Position numbers and translations under genes: made by a program
Assembly: GCA_963663965.2 (NCBI GenBank)
Contig: CAXXFK010000036.1
Location: forward strand, 32,001 to 96,000
Direction: 5' to 3'
From: Sedimentisphaerales bacterium
Lineage (GTDB): Bacteria; Planctomycetota; Phycisphaerae; Sedimentisphaerales; SM23-30
DNA length: 64,000 nucleotides
Notes under the pieces: model-generated
The model's input: the letters and a program-made list of their open reading frames with translations, nothing else
The model's database searches: none
What the model was told of the DNA's origin: nothing
Shown here: positions 1 to 11,010 of the stretch, in pieces
Position numbering within the stretch: the first letter of the stretch is position 1
Layout: each line of letters begins with the position of its first letter

Positions 1-93
1 AGTCAGTGTCCGATCACTCGCAAGATAAGTTTTTACTCGTGTAGCACTTATAATACGGCCTGGCGGGCATTTTCAATTGTAAGCAATATATAA

Positions 94-1680
94 TTATTGT
101 GTGGGTTGGGCCAGCCAGTGGGTGGGGAAGAGAGTCAGGTCGTTGAGGTCGACGGTGTTGTCACCCCCATAACGAGGGACGATATCTGCGAATGGGGTGT
201 CAGAAAGCCAGGATGAAGTGAAAATGGCGAAATCGGCGAGATCGGTCAAGCGATCCTGATTAAAATCGGTTTCATAAGGTAAAGTTGGGGGCCATACATT
301 CATAGCTGTGGTGAATTTATATTCGAAATCATCCAGGCCAAAGAGTGAAGCCGGAAAGGTCAGTTCGATGAAATAGGCGGTCCAGCCTGATTCAGGTTGG
401 GGAGCGGGAGTGGAATAAATCCCATTACCCAGATCGGTGAGCGGGGTACTGGTCCAGATTTTTCCGGTGACGGGAAGGCGGAAGTCGCGGGTATTGGGAT
501 TGTTTGCCTGCCAGAGGCTGACGGAACTGGGACTATCGACGGTAACGACCGTGATCTGGCCGTTCTGATCGATGGTCCAGGTGAATTCCGGCCGGGTTCT
601 TTGATTAAGGATAGAGTCATACCAGGGCGCGGCGCTATAGAGGACATCATTAAAGACATCGGTCAGGTAATGATCGGCATTGGGGACGTGCCGGAGGTAT
701 GTTTCGCCAATAAGATTATCGAGATAGAATCTGACAGAATCGGAGACAAAGAAATTATCGCCGGAGGCGTTAATGATGAGTTTTGGGATGTCCAGCCGGT
801 AGCGATATTGATAGGGATCGACAATTTCGAGCAGTTCCTGAGCGCGTGGATCGGTGCTGAGCTTATAGAAAATGTCGAGGTCTTCGTAGGCATAAAGCGC
901 TTCGGCCCAGAAGCCGTGGCAGGCCCAATGATGGATGAAGGATCGTTCCATATTGAGCAGGTCACTGACAATGGGAATGATGGCGGTAACCCGGTTATCG
1001 ACAGCCGCGGTTAGCCAGGTGGTCCAACCGCGCTTAGAACCGCCGGTGAGAATAAAAGAAGAGATACTTTTTTCGCCATGGTATTCATCCGCCAAAAAAT
1101 CCTGGACGGTGTTCATGCATTGGACGACGGATTTGACCATGGGCAATTGGACGGGCCAGTAGTTGTCGCCGGTTTTCAGGAACTTGTCCCAGGAATAGGC
1201 GATAATTTCATCTTCACTGCGGGATGCGATTTCATCTGAGAACAGCAGGGGCTGGTTGGGAACGGCAGTCAGGATGACCAGAACCGAACGAGTGCCCGCG
1301 GCCAGTAAACGATAATTGGCGTCGATAGCCGGGGCGGGATCGTTGTGATTACCGCCGTCGATCAGGATGAGCGCGGTATTTCTGGTGGCGCCCAGAATGG
1401 AATCCATTTCCGGAACGATAATCGTCACCCAATGCTGCCAGATGGCGGGAGACACTTGAGAGCTGTCGCGCCAGGAACCGGAAGTGAGACGGAGGGTGAA
1501 GCCGCGGGTGAAAGTGGATAAGTCGTAGGCTGAGGTGACTTTTGAATAAGAATAGCCGGGATCGGGCTGAGCGACAAAGTCGTCCAGCGCGGTTGCGCCG
1601 GCAATGGAGGAGATAACAAGGAGAAGGAGAATAAGGGATTCTGTGGATAAGTTATAGTACCGATCAGCAGTTGTGTTCAT
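94..1680 (-). CDS. PhoPQ-activated pathogenicity-related (PqaA-like) alpha/beta-hydrolase, secreted, with C-terminal dockerin-like repeats
   Basis: GGSKRGWTTW nucleophile-elbow motif, VPNQPL, 'EDEIIAYSWDKF' and 'LPMVKS' are typical of the PqaA family. Hydrophobic signal segment follows MNTTADR (ATG at 1680, AGG upstream). Tail DFNQDRLTDLADFAIFTSSWL...DNTVDLNDLTLFPTHWL. Confidence 0.8.
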   Translation of the reverse strand: MNTTADRYYNLSTESLILLLLVISSIAGATALDDFVAQPDPGYSYSKVTSAYDLSTFTRGFTLRLTSGSWRDSSQVSPAIWQHWVTIIVPEMDSILGATRNTALILIDGGNHNDPAPAIDANYRLLAAGTRSVLVILTAVPNQPLLFSDEIASRSEDEIIAYSWDKFLKTGDNYWPVQLPMVKSVVQCMNTVQDFLADEYHGEKSISSFILTGGSKRGWTTWLTAAVDNRVTAIIPIVSDLLNMERSFIHHWACHGFWAEALYAYEDLDIFYKLSTDPRAQELLEIVDPYQYRYRLDIPKLIINASGDNFFVSDSVRFYLDNLIGETYLRHVPNADHYLTDVFNDVLYSAAPWYDSILNQRTRPEFTWTIDQNGQITVVTVDSPSSVSLWQANNPNTRDFRLPVTGKIWTSTPLTDLGNGIYSTPAPQPESGWTAYFIELTFPASLFGLDDFEYKFTTAMNVWPPTLPYETDFNQDRLTDLADFAIFTSSWLSDTPFADIVPRYGGDNTVDLNDLTLFPTHWLAQPTQ

Positions 1681-1850
1681 TTTCCTAACCTCAAAAATCA
1701 GTTGAATGTATTGATAACGGTTATTATGATTTTTGTGGATAGAAAAGGAAAAGTCAAGTTTTATCGGGGAAAACGCCAGGAGAGATGAAAGATCCCGAAT
1801 TTTGAGTTGATTGCAATGGTTATTGGGAATAGATTTACTCATTCGTAAAC

Positions 1851-1890
1851 AAAAAAACAGGGAGGACAAAGGCGTGATTTGTCCTCCCTG
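1851..1890 (-). terminator. Rho-independent terminator closing the pil operon
   Basis: 13-bp stem CAGGGAGGACAAA/TTTGTCCTCCCTG followed on the minus strand by T7, ~27 bp after the stop at 1917. Confidence 0.85.
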
Positions 1891-1916
1891 AGTAGAAGAG
1901 TGGTAGGAGTCTTATT

Positions 1917-3557
1917 TTATAACTGGACGAACGTACTGCCATCGCGTTTTAAGACGATGGGGGTTTTAATACCGCTGGGCAACATTTTTTCTTTGTCGGG
2001 TTTGATCAGGATGGTGCCGATATCACCCAGTTCGACGGTTTCGCTACCGCCGTCATCGAGAGTGGCGCCGATGTTGGTGACATACCCGCTGGTCCAGGCG
2101 GTGGTATCGCACATGGAAACAATGGTACCGTAAATTTTGGCATTACCACGGACATCGACAATCCCGCCAAACAATAGCGCCGGTCAGGATGTTTTCATCA
2201 CCGGCTGACGGGCAGGTATTCCCCAGGTTGACATTAAAGTGGGGCGCGAGGATGGGTGGCCTCGGCCATGGCGGTGTTCTGGAAGGTGGCGCTGCCCGTG
2301 AAGTAGAGGCAGTTTTCGCGCCATTTGAGGACTTTTGGGGTATCGGTAATGATGGGGGCCGCGGAAGGTGCAGTCTTCGAAGCGGACGTTGTTATAATAG
2401 GAACTGGCGCTTTTGTAGCAGTCGATGTACAGGATGCCTTCGAAGGTGCAACGGCGGAAGAGGGCGTTGTAGTTATCGGGGTACGCGCATATTCATGAAG
2501 GTTTTGTCTTCGTAAACATGACGGGTCAGGCGCAGGTTGGAGGTATAGGACGGCGTTCCATCGCGGGGATAATTGTAGTTGCCGGCGGCTGTGCGGGAAA
2601 TATTCGACTTCACGATCACCGGTGGGGCAGGCCGGCAGTGAGGTGAGTCCATTGAGGTATTCGTCCGTGTTGTAATCGTTTGATGGACATGCCGGGGACA
2701 TCGGAACCGACGCCGTAGTTGATGCCTTCGTGCTGGCCCTGGATTTCATCGCCGGGGCTGACAACGGGATTGCCAAATTCATCGTAAATGGGCTCGCCGT
2801 TTTCGTCGAGGGTTTCCAACTGCCAGGCGGCGCTATTAACCTGTTGTTTGGTAAACACGGTATTGATGGGTGCCGAGGACTTTGGAATCGCTGGTCATAT
2901 TAAATGGAGAGCGGGCCAGGTTGTCCCAGTCGCTATAGACATCGCCGTCAATGGTGGTGTCGCCGGTCATCCAGATACGGCCCCGGCTGGCAATGGCATA
3001 TTCCAGCACGGAGGCGTCTTTTTTGATGGGATAGGACATCTGGACGGCGCGCTGGACATCGCCGGCTGAGCCGGTACAGACGGCGCGGAGTTCATGGTAG
3101 TAATTGGCATCACCGGGAATGAATTCGAAGCGAATGGAGAATCCCGCCGATTGGTCTTGCGCCAGGGCGATCGAACCTGATGCGGGGATTTGAATGGTCA
3201 GATTGGCGCTGTTGTAAGCGACGCCCTGTCCGGCCAGGGCGGGTGAATTATACAAGACGGTCTGAACATGCTGAGCGAAACTGCCGACGGTGTCTTCGGC
3301 TTCGGTCTGGCTGATGGTATTGGTTATGGTGTAGGCCGTGGCGGGCGGGACGTAGCTGCTGATGAGATAATCCGCGAAGGCCAGCCCCGATTCAGCGGCG
3401 GTTTGGGAGACGGCCACATTCTGATAACTCTGGGAGATGCCGGCGTTCATGTGGCTCAGGGAGTTGAACGAGAGCGCGATCACTGCGAAGAGGAAAATGA
3501 AAAACAGTGCGATCTTAAGGAACACAGGCCGTGAGCATTTCTTTTCTTACACCTCAT
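1917..3557 (-). CDS. PilX/GspK-like minor pilin (~545 aa after correcting frameshifts), split into 4+ ORFs in this sequence
   Basis: N-terminal basic leader and hydrophobic helix, then AAESGLAFA (PilX-N type). One continuous protein can be read if single extra bases are removed at ~3527, 2868-70, 2679-81, 2590, 2478-81, 2354-58, 2254-56 and 2169-71. Last gene of the pilus operon. Confidence 0.65.
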
Positions 3558-3641
3558 AACGTCGTCCTTTCAATAGTATTCGGAAAAGTTGATCCAAAAA
3601 GCACCGGGCGCCCTGGACGAATATCCGACCTTTGCAAGTTA

Positions 3642-4244
3642 TTAATGATAAATGACATTCCGGGGTATTGCCGACATGGTTACGATCTGGGAGGCATCAC
3701 AGGAAGAGGCGCGAAAGGCAATTTCAACCTTGCCAACCGTACCGGCGGGGAGGGAATCATCGAGTGGATCCCACGCGGTAAAAATCGGGGTCACCGCATC
3801 GACCGGATCGATATTCCGGGCCATGATATACCAGGTGTCGGAACTGTCGATATTGACTTTTAGCGTTTTATTGACGGCATCGTAGGCATAGATCACATCA
3901 CGTCCGAGCGAATCGACCAGGCAGCAGGAGGTGCCGTCGGCATTCACCAGGATGAGTGCGGTATCGGGCGAGTTGGCGGCCGTTCGAATCACGCTGCACA
4001 TCTGATAGACGGCGTTGCGGGACACCGTGGATGTGCGGGCCAGGTCGTTATTGACTTTATAGCTTTTAAAGGCGGCATCGAAGGTGACGGCGGTGGCGGT
4101 CAGCAGGATGGCCATCAGGACGATCGCCAACAGAATTTCGATAAGGGTCATGCCGCGTGTTTTCGAATGACAATGCCGGCACAATTGAACGTGCGGATTA
4201 AAGACTTTGTTATTATTATGTCGTAATACAGGATGCATGAACAA
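3642..4244 (-). CDS. Prepilin-type minor pilin/pseudopilin (PilW/GspJ-like)
   Basis: Class III signal RG|MTLIEILLAIVLMAILL with Glu5; located in the pilus operon. Confidence 0.85.
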   Translation of the reverse strand: MFMHPVLRHNNNKVFNPHVQLCRHCHSKTRGMTLIEILLAIVLMAILLTATAVTFDAAFKSYKVNNDLARTSTVSRNAVYQMCSVIRTAANSPDTALILVNADGTSCCLVDSLGRDVIYAYDAVNKTLKVNIDSSDTWYIMARNIDPVDAVTPIFTAWDPLDDSLPAGTVGKVEIAFRASSCDASQIVTMSAIPRNVIYH

Positions 4245-4260
4245 GCCTTTCTAATAAATA

Positions 4261-4710
4261 TTAATCAGCGACGCGCAGCCAGCTCATGCGACTGAGCCGG
4301 GTATTGCCCTGGCTGACGGTTACGGTAATGCGGCAGGCGGGCGGGTCGGGGTTGGTCCACGGGGTCATGGTAGCCGGGTTAATCGGCTCGACCAGGATGG
4401 ACTGTGAGTAATGTTCCAGACCAGACACCGGATTGCCATTGCCATCGCAACCGGTAAATGCCTGGCCGTTGAGGGCGGCCAGGTCATCATAACTCATTTC
4501 TTCAGTCATATTACGGATCTGTTCGGCCAGGAAGACGGCGCTGGACAGATCGCGGCCGTATTCGTTGACCTGGGTGCCGGCGCCCATCAGCATCATCAGG
4601 GCGGTCATGCCCAGACCGATAATGAGCGTGGCAATCATGATGTCGATCAGGGTGAACCCTGATCGACGGTAGCGTGCGGAACGGTATTTTTGGGTGAGAA
4701 TCTTTTTCAT
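4261..4710 (-). CDS. Prepilin-type minor pilin (PilV/GspI-like)
   Basis: RRSG|FTLIDIMIATLIIGLGM, then AVFLAEQ. Start taken at MKKILTQ (4710), just after the pilC stop. Confidence 0.82.
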   Translation of the reverse strand: MKKILTQKYRSARYRRSGFTLIDIMIATLIIGLGMTALMMLMGAGTQVNEYGRDLSSAVFLAEQIRNMTEEMSYDDLAALNGQAFTGCDGNGNPVSGLEHYSQSILVEPINPATMTPWTNPDPPACRITVTVSQGNTRLSRMSWLRVAD

Positions 4711-4715
4711 GCCAC

Positions 4716-5942
4716 TTATCCTTTGACCATACTGGACATTTTGAAAATCGGCAATACGATACTCATGGCGATAAAGCCAACGACGCAACCCATGACGACG
4801 ATCATCAGGGGTTCGATCATACTGGTAACGGCACGGATGGTGGTTTTGAGTTCTTTGTTATAGAAGGTGCTGATATCACCCAGCACATCGGCCAGCTTCC
4901 CACTTTCTTCACCGCTGCTGATCATCTGGACCACACTGCTGGGCAGAAGCTTTTCGCTGGTGAGCGGGGTGGCGATTTTTTTACCCTGACGGACGGCATT
5001 GGCCACTTTTTTCCACATGTTTTTGTAGATGGTGTTACCCGATACGTTCGCGGTAATATTGATGGTATCGAGCATCGGGACACCGGCGTTAACCAGTTCG
5101 CCCATGGTCTGGAGGGAGCGGCAGATATAGAGGCTGCGGCAGAGCTTTTTGAAGATGGGGATGCGCAGTTTGGTGGCATCCCACCAGGCGCGGCCCCAGG
5201 TGGTATTGATGATATAGAGGAAGAGCCAGGCGGCGCCGACCACCCCTCCAATGACCAGATACCACTGATGGCGGAAGACATCACTGATGGCCAGGATGAT
5301 CTTGGTGGGGGTGGGGAGCATGTCTTCCTTGCCTTCGAAGATCACGACGAATTTGGGTAAGACGTAGGTGAGCATAAAGACCGTGGTCAGGACGGCCATG
5401 ACCGCGATGATGATCGGATAGACCATGGCGCTTTTGACCTGGGACTGGGTTTCGATCTGTTGTTCCTGATATTCGGCGATGCGATCGAGCATGGAGCCGA
5501 AGGAACCGGACAGTTCGGAAGCCTGCACCATATTGACATAGAGAGCGCTGAAGACCTTGGGATGTTGGGCGAGCGCTTCGGAAAAGGCCTTGCCGCCTTC
5601 GACGTCGCGTTTGATCTGCTGGAGGATATCCTGGAATTTTTCGTTGTCGACCTGATCGACAATGGCTTCCAGGGCCGCGCGGATACTGATACCGGCTTTG
5701 ATCATGACGGCCAGCTGGCTGGTGAAGTTGAGGACGTCTTTGGCGCCGGGCCCGAACTGGATTTTGATATTGGCCAGGTCTTTGAACGATTTGGCTTTTT
5801 TCTGGGCGATTTCGGTCATCGACACGATATAGGCCCCCTGGCTCTTGAGCATCTGGGCGGCCGCCGCGCTGCTCTGGGCGCCGATCACGCCGGTCGAAAT
5901 TTTTCCATCTGCCTGTTTGATTTCGTATTTAAAATTAGCCAT
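4716..5942 (-). CDS. pilC: Type IV pilus/T2SS inner-membrane platform protein PilC/GspF
   Basis: Two T2SSF repeats (FTSQLAVMIKAGI, ALAQHPKVF, SAMVYP, GEESGKL, MIEP) and three TM segments. Confidence 0.95.
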   Translation of the reverse strand: MANFKYEIKQADGKISTGVIGAQSSAAAAQMLKSQGAYIVSMTEIAQKKAKSFKDLANIKIQFGPGAKDVLNFTSQLAVMIKAGISIRAALEAIVDQVDNEKFQDILQQIKRDVEGGKAFSEALAQHPKVFSALYVNMVQASELSGSFGSMLDRIAEYQEQQIETQSQVKSAMVYPIIIAVMAVLTTVFMLTYVLPKFVVIFEGKEDMLPTPTKIILAISDVFRHQWYLVIGGVVGAAWLFLYIINTTWGRAWWDATKLRIPIFKKLCRSLYICRSLQTMGELVNAGVPMLDTINITANVSGNTIYKNMWKKVANAVRQGKKIATPLTSEKLLPSSVVQMISSGEESGKLADVLGDISTFYNKELKTTIRAVTSMIEPLMIVVMGCVVGFIAMSIVLPIFKMSSMVKG

Positions 5943-5968
5943 ATTTGCACCTGAATTCTAGAGTGGGA

Positions 5969-7030
<1,062 letters not shown>

Positions 7031-7060
7031 ATAGGTTTCTCCTTGCTTCTGCCTGAAAAT

Positions 7061-8896
7061 TTAGAGGGTGCTTTCGGTAACCCGCATGACTTCATCAACA
7101 GTCGTCAGGCCGGCCTGGACCTTGCGGAATCCTTCATCCCGCAAGGAGAGCATACCGCGTTCCTTACAGACGCGGCGCAATTCGGTTACCGTGGGATTTT
7201 TGGTGATAATATCGCGATAGGTGTCGTCGAGGGCCAGCAGTTCGTAAATACCGATCCGGCCGGAGTATCCGGTGTGGCGGCAGTGGTCGCAGCCTTGGCC
7301 CATGAACATGTTGTCTTCGGTAAAGCCATAGGATTTCAGAAAACCGGCGTGTTCGGCATTGGGTGTGTGGGGCGCCTTGCATTTGGGACAAATGCGGCGA
7401 ACCAGCCGCTGGGCCAGGCAGGCATTGAGCGAGGCGGCGATCAGGTAGGGTTCGACGCCGATATTGATCAGGCGGGTGATACTGCTGGGGGCATCGTTGG
7501 TATGGAGGGTGGACAGCACCAGGTGGCCGGTCAGCGACGCCTGAATCGCGATGCGCGCGGTTTCGGCGTCACGAATTTCGCCCACCATGATGACGTCGGG
7601 GTCCTGACGCAACAAAGAACGAAGCGCCGCGGAAAAACTCATGCCGATCTTGTCGTGAACCTGGACCTGGTTGATGCCGTCGAGCTGATATTCCACCGGA
7701 TCTTCGACGGTGGAGATATTCATTTTGCCGGCGTCCATGGTGCGCAGCGCGCCATAGAGGGTGGTGCTTTTACCGGAACCGGTAGGTCCGGTGACCAGAA
7801 TAATCCCGTGCGGCTGCTGGACCTGATGAGTCAGAATTTCGAGGGTATCGGGTTCGAAGCCCAGATCCTGCAGGGTCATGGAAGCGGCTTTGCTGCTGTC
7901 GAGGATACGAATCACCACTTTTTCGCCGTAGGCGGTGGGCAGGGTTGAAACCCGCATATCGATATTGCGGCCGTGAATCACCACGCGAATGCGCCCGTCC
8001 TGGGGGACGCGCCGTTCGGCGATATCGAGGTTGGCCATGATTTTGATACGTGAGACGATGGCGGCGAACATGGAATGGGGGGGATTGAGCATTTCGAACA
8101 GGATGCCGTCGATACGGAAACGGACGCGTAATTTCTTGTCACCCGGTTCGATATGGATATCGGAGGCTTTTTCCTTGACTGCCATCAGAAAGATATAATT
8201 GACAAATTTGATGATGGGGGAATCCCCGGCGGCTTTTTCCAGATCGGCGATATCTTCTTCCTGTTCGTCGACGACTTCGATATCATCATCGGTGACGGTT
8301 TCGATCAGATCGTCCATCTGAATGTTGGCGGTGGAATCGTTATGCGTTTCGAGAATCGCCTTGATGTCTTTTTTGGTCGCCACTTTGATGGTCAGGGGCA
8401 TTCCGGCGCGGCGGCGGATTTCATCCTGGAGGAAGATATTGGTGGGATCGGCGGTGGCGATGACCAGTTTATTGCCATCGATATCGATGGCAATGGTCAT
8501 GTGTTCTTCCATGAAGGCACGATCCAGCCTGGCCATGGCTTTGGGATTGACCATATCGTTGACCAGCTGGATGAACTGCAGATGGTATTGTTCCGCCAGG
8601 CACATCAGCAATTGTTCTTCGTTGACCAGCCCCATTTCGAGGAGAACCTGGCCGAGGCGTTTGCGGGGCGACCGTTCGTGGAGGGAATGGGCCTGGGCCA
8701 GTTGTTCGTTCGAAATACGGGCGCGTTCGCACAGATTCTTTTCGAACGTGGATAAGGCGGCCACTGCCGGGGAGGGTTTCTGCTCGGGTTGCCAGAGATC
8801 GTGCAGTTCGATCGAACCGGGCATGATGCGCGTATTCGGGCGCGCATTGCCTTTTTCGGTTTTGAGGACTACATTATTGCCGAACTTCTTAATCAA
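7061..8896 (-). CDS. pilB: Pilus assembly ATPase PilB/GspE with N-terminal MshEN-like region
   Basis: ASDIHIEP, ERRVPQDGR, GPTGSGKSTT, LRQDPDVIMVGEIRD, Zn-binding CPKC...CDHC, N-terminal RLGQVLLEMGLV...LAEQ. Confidence 0.95.
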   Translation of the reverse strand: MIKKFGNNVVLKTEKGNARPNTRIMPGSIELHDLWQPEQKPSPAVAALSTFEKNLCERARISNEQLAQAHSLHERSPRKRLGQVLLEMGLVNEEQLLMCLAEQYHLQFIQLVNDMVNPKAMARLDRAFMEEHMTIAIDIDGNKLVIATADPTNIFLQDEIRRRAGMPLTIKVATKKDIKAILETHNDSTANIQMDDLIETVTDDDIEVVDEQEEDIADLEKAAGDSPIIKFVNYIFLMAVKEKASDIHIEPGDKKLRVRFRIDGILFEMLNPPHSMFAAIVSRIKIMANLDIAERRVPQDGRIRVVIHGRNIDMRVSTLPTAYGEKVVIRILDSSKAASMTLQDLGFEPDTLEILTHQVQQPHGIILVTGPTGSGKSTTLYGALRTMDAGKMNISTVEDPVEYQLDGINQVQVHDKIGMSFSAALRSLLRQDPDVIMVGEIRDAETARIAIQASLTGHLVLSTLHTNDAPSSITRLINIGVEPYLIAASLNACLAQRLVRRICPKCKAPHTPNAEHAGFLKSYGFTEDNMFMGQGCDHCRHTGYSGRIGIYELLALDDTYRDIITKNPTVTELRRVCKERGMLSLRDEGFRKVQAGLTTVDEVMRVTESTL

Positions 8897-8960
8897 GTTG
8901 TCGCTCCGTTACCTAAAAAAACCTGGATCGTTGTGGTAAACCGAGAGATTCTCACTTCGG

Positions 8961-9647
8961 TTACATGCTTAAAGAGAACGTTTCATCACCGGATTGCAGC
9001 ACAACCAGGTTGGTTCGGATTTCTTTGATAGTAAATTCGCCGACGGTCTGGCCGGGCCGATAAATTTCGCCATCAATCATACAGGTCCCGCCTTTTTGGG
9101 TGACGATGACGGACTGCAACGCGAGAGAGGCGATTCTGGATTGCAGGGCCTTGCGAATTTCTTCTTTGGTGGGGCCTTGAGGCTGTGATTCGACCGGATC
9201 GGCGATGACGGCGCCCTGGCTATCGAGGGTAAAGGGGTTTTTCTGCAGTTCGTCGCTATTGACCTGCTGATTGACCGGAAAGCTATTGAAGGCACGAATC
9301 ATCTGTTCGGCGTCGGTGACCAGTTTTCGGGAGGACAGATTCCCGGTCAGGCGTGTCAAAGCCTTATCCACCTGGGTTTCCAGCGTTTTTTCCGCGGCGC
9401 TGGCCACCTTGGAGCCGTTTTTAATGCCAAAGAAGTAGATTCCTGCAATCGCGACCAGACAGACCGCGGGCAGAATAAGGAATTTTTTACGGGAGGATTT
9501 CTCTTCGTAATAAAACTCTTCGCCGTTGTCCGATTCGGATACGGAAGGCGGATCGAAGGCGTTCCAATTGGGAACTTCTCGAGAAGTCGAGGCGTCGGTG
9601 TTTTCCAGAGAGTCGAATTCATGTTCATTTTGGTTGTACATATTCAT
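8961..9647 (-). CDS. Bitopic membrane protein with PilP/GspC-like C-terminal beta domain
   Basis: One TM helix, KNPF motif and terminal LQSVIV...CMIDGEIYRPGQTVGEFTIKEI..NLVVL. Sits in the pilP position between pilO and pilB. Confidence 0.6.
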   Translation of the reverse strand: MNMYNQNEHEFDSLENTDASTSREVPNWNAFDPPSVSESDNGEEFYYEEKSSRKKFLILPAVCLVAIAGIYFFGIKNGSKVASAAEKTLETQVDKALTRLTGNLSSRKLVTDAEQMIRAFNSFPVNQQVNSDELQKNPFTLDSQGAVIADPVESQPQGPTKEEIRKALQSRIASLALQSVIVTQKGGTCMIDGEIYRPGQTVGEFTIKEIRTNLVVLQSGDETFSLSM

Positions 9648-9677
9648 AGTTCCTTCAACAGGAAAGAGATGGTTGGC

Positions 9678-10205
9678 TTATTTATTAAAAAAGATACTTA
9701 TGGTCATTTCGACATTGGTATTGCCTTCGTGCTTGCTGTCTTTTTTCAAGACCAGTTCTTTCACACGGGTAATGCGGGGGAGTTTTTCGAGATCGAGCAG
9801 GAATTGATAGAACGCGTCAAAATTACCGTAGACTTCCATTTCGATGGGCTGTTCATAATAGTTGGCCCACGGATTGGGGGCGCCGGTTTTAAACAGCCGC
9901 GTATCGAGCATTTTATCGTCGGCGATATGGGTTACCTGTTCGAGGACCTTGTGGATTTCATGCTGATCGGGCAATTTGTCCTCGAAGAACTGCAGGGCAT
10001 TGCCTAGACTGTCGATTTCGTGTTCCAGATCTTCGATCTGATCGGCGGCCTTGACCAGCTGGGACAGCTTTTGTTCTTTGGTTTGCAGTTCCTGCTGCTG
10101 CTGAGCCAGGCGGGCGTCATTTTTCTTGAATACCTGGAAGTAAGACAAGACCGGTATGGCGATCAATAATCCCAGGAAAAGTATTTCTTTAATCCCTATT
10201 TTCAT
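9678..10205 (-). CDS. pilO: Type IV pilus alignment protein PilO
   Basis: N-terminal TM, coiled coil, LP motif, YYEQPIEMEVYGNF...FLLDLEKLPRI. Confidence 0.88.
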   Translation of the reverse strand: MKIGIKEILFLGLLIAIPVLSYFQVFKKNDARLAQQQQELQTKEQKLSQLVKAADQIEDLEHEIDSLGNALQFFEDKLPDQHEIHKVLEQVTHIADDKMLDTRLFKTGAPNPWANYYEQPIEMEVYGNFDAFYQFLLDLEKLPRITRVKELVLKKDSKHEGNTNVEMTISIFFNK

Positions 10206-10247
10206 AATTCAATCCTCGACTTTCTTGAGGGTTAACCCAGGTTTCAA

Positions 10248-10985
10248 TTACATGCCTTCAACGTGTTGGCGTCGAGCCCATTCCACCGCATCCGGGGTGG
10301 CCTGGGTTGAGGGCGCAATGACAGTTTTAATGACAAACCGTTTCAGGTTCATCTGTTCCAATTGATGTTCTTCCGAATACAGCAGATCGACACTGCTGAA
10401 CAGCGATGACCGATTGAGGTTTGAGATCAGTTGAGCGACCTTGTGGTCATCCGAAGCCAGACCGGTGATCTGGATGGTGGATTCATATTCTTTGACGGCG
10501 TCTTCGGTGGTTTCTTCCGGTTTTTTTGTTTTGGCGGCGCTGCTGCTGCCACTACTGCTACTGCTGCTGCGAGAAGTCCGGGTGGTTTTCGCTTTCGGCG
10601 CGGGTGATTTTTTGATTTCTTTGCTGACCAGGTTGAAATCGGTCAGGGCGCAATCCGAAGGCAGGTTATTGGTAATGGTCGCCAGGATGAGTGAACGTGG
10701 AACCGGTTCCATCAATAAGGCGCTGATCTTGGCTTTGTCCAGCATCTGCAATCGTTTCTTATCCAGTTCCTCCAGTTTTTTGAGGGTGTCATCGGCGGCC
10801 GTCAACTTCTGGTTGACCACATTGATCCGATCCTGCATTCTTTGCTGGCGCTGGTTCGACAAGACAAAACCAAAGCCGACCCCTGACACTACCAGAACAA
10901 ACAGAACCAGACCAATCACAGTCATGCGCTGCCGGGCTTTGTTTTCCAGGTAATCTTCCGGTAAAAAATTGATACTGTTGCTCAT
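10248..10985 (-). CDS. pilN: Type IV pilus alignment protein PilN
   Basis: N-terminal INFLP motif (PilM-binding INLLP), TM helix, coiled coil, ITGLA...LNRSSLF. Confidence 0.88.
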   Translation of the reverse strand: MSNSINFLPEDYLENKARQRMTVIGLVLFVLVVSGVGFGFVLSNQRQQRMQDRINVVNQKLTAADDTLKKLEELDKKRLQMLDKAKISALLMEPVPRSLILATITNNLPSDCALTDFNLVSKEIKKSPAPKAKTTRTSRSSSSSSGSSSAAKTKKPEETTEDAVKEYESTIQITGLASDDHKVAQLISNLNRSSLFSSVDLLYSEEHQLEQMNLKRFVIKTVIAPSTQATPDAVEWARRQHVEGM

Positions 10986-11010
10986 AGCTTAACACCTTGT
11001 AATAAATGGT

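Noticed and set aside
1681..1869. 63-aa N-terminal extension of the PqaA-like ORF
   Set aside because: AT-rich promoter-like sequence overlapping the upstream terminator; ATG at 1680 gives a plausible signal peptide.
2234..2782. Separate Thr/Ser/Pro-rich 182-aa protein
   Set aside because: It is a mosaic of in-frame and out-of-frame pieces of the frameshifted PilX-like gene.
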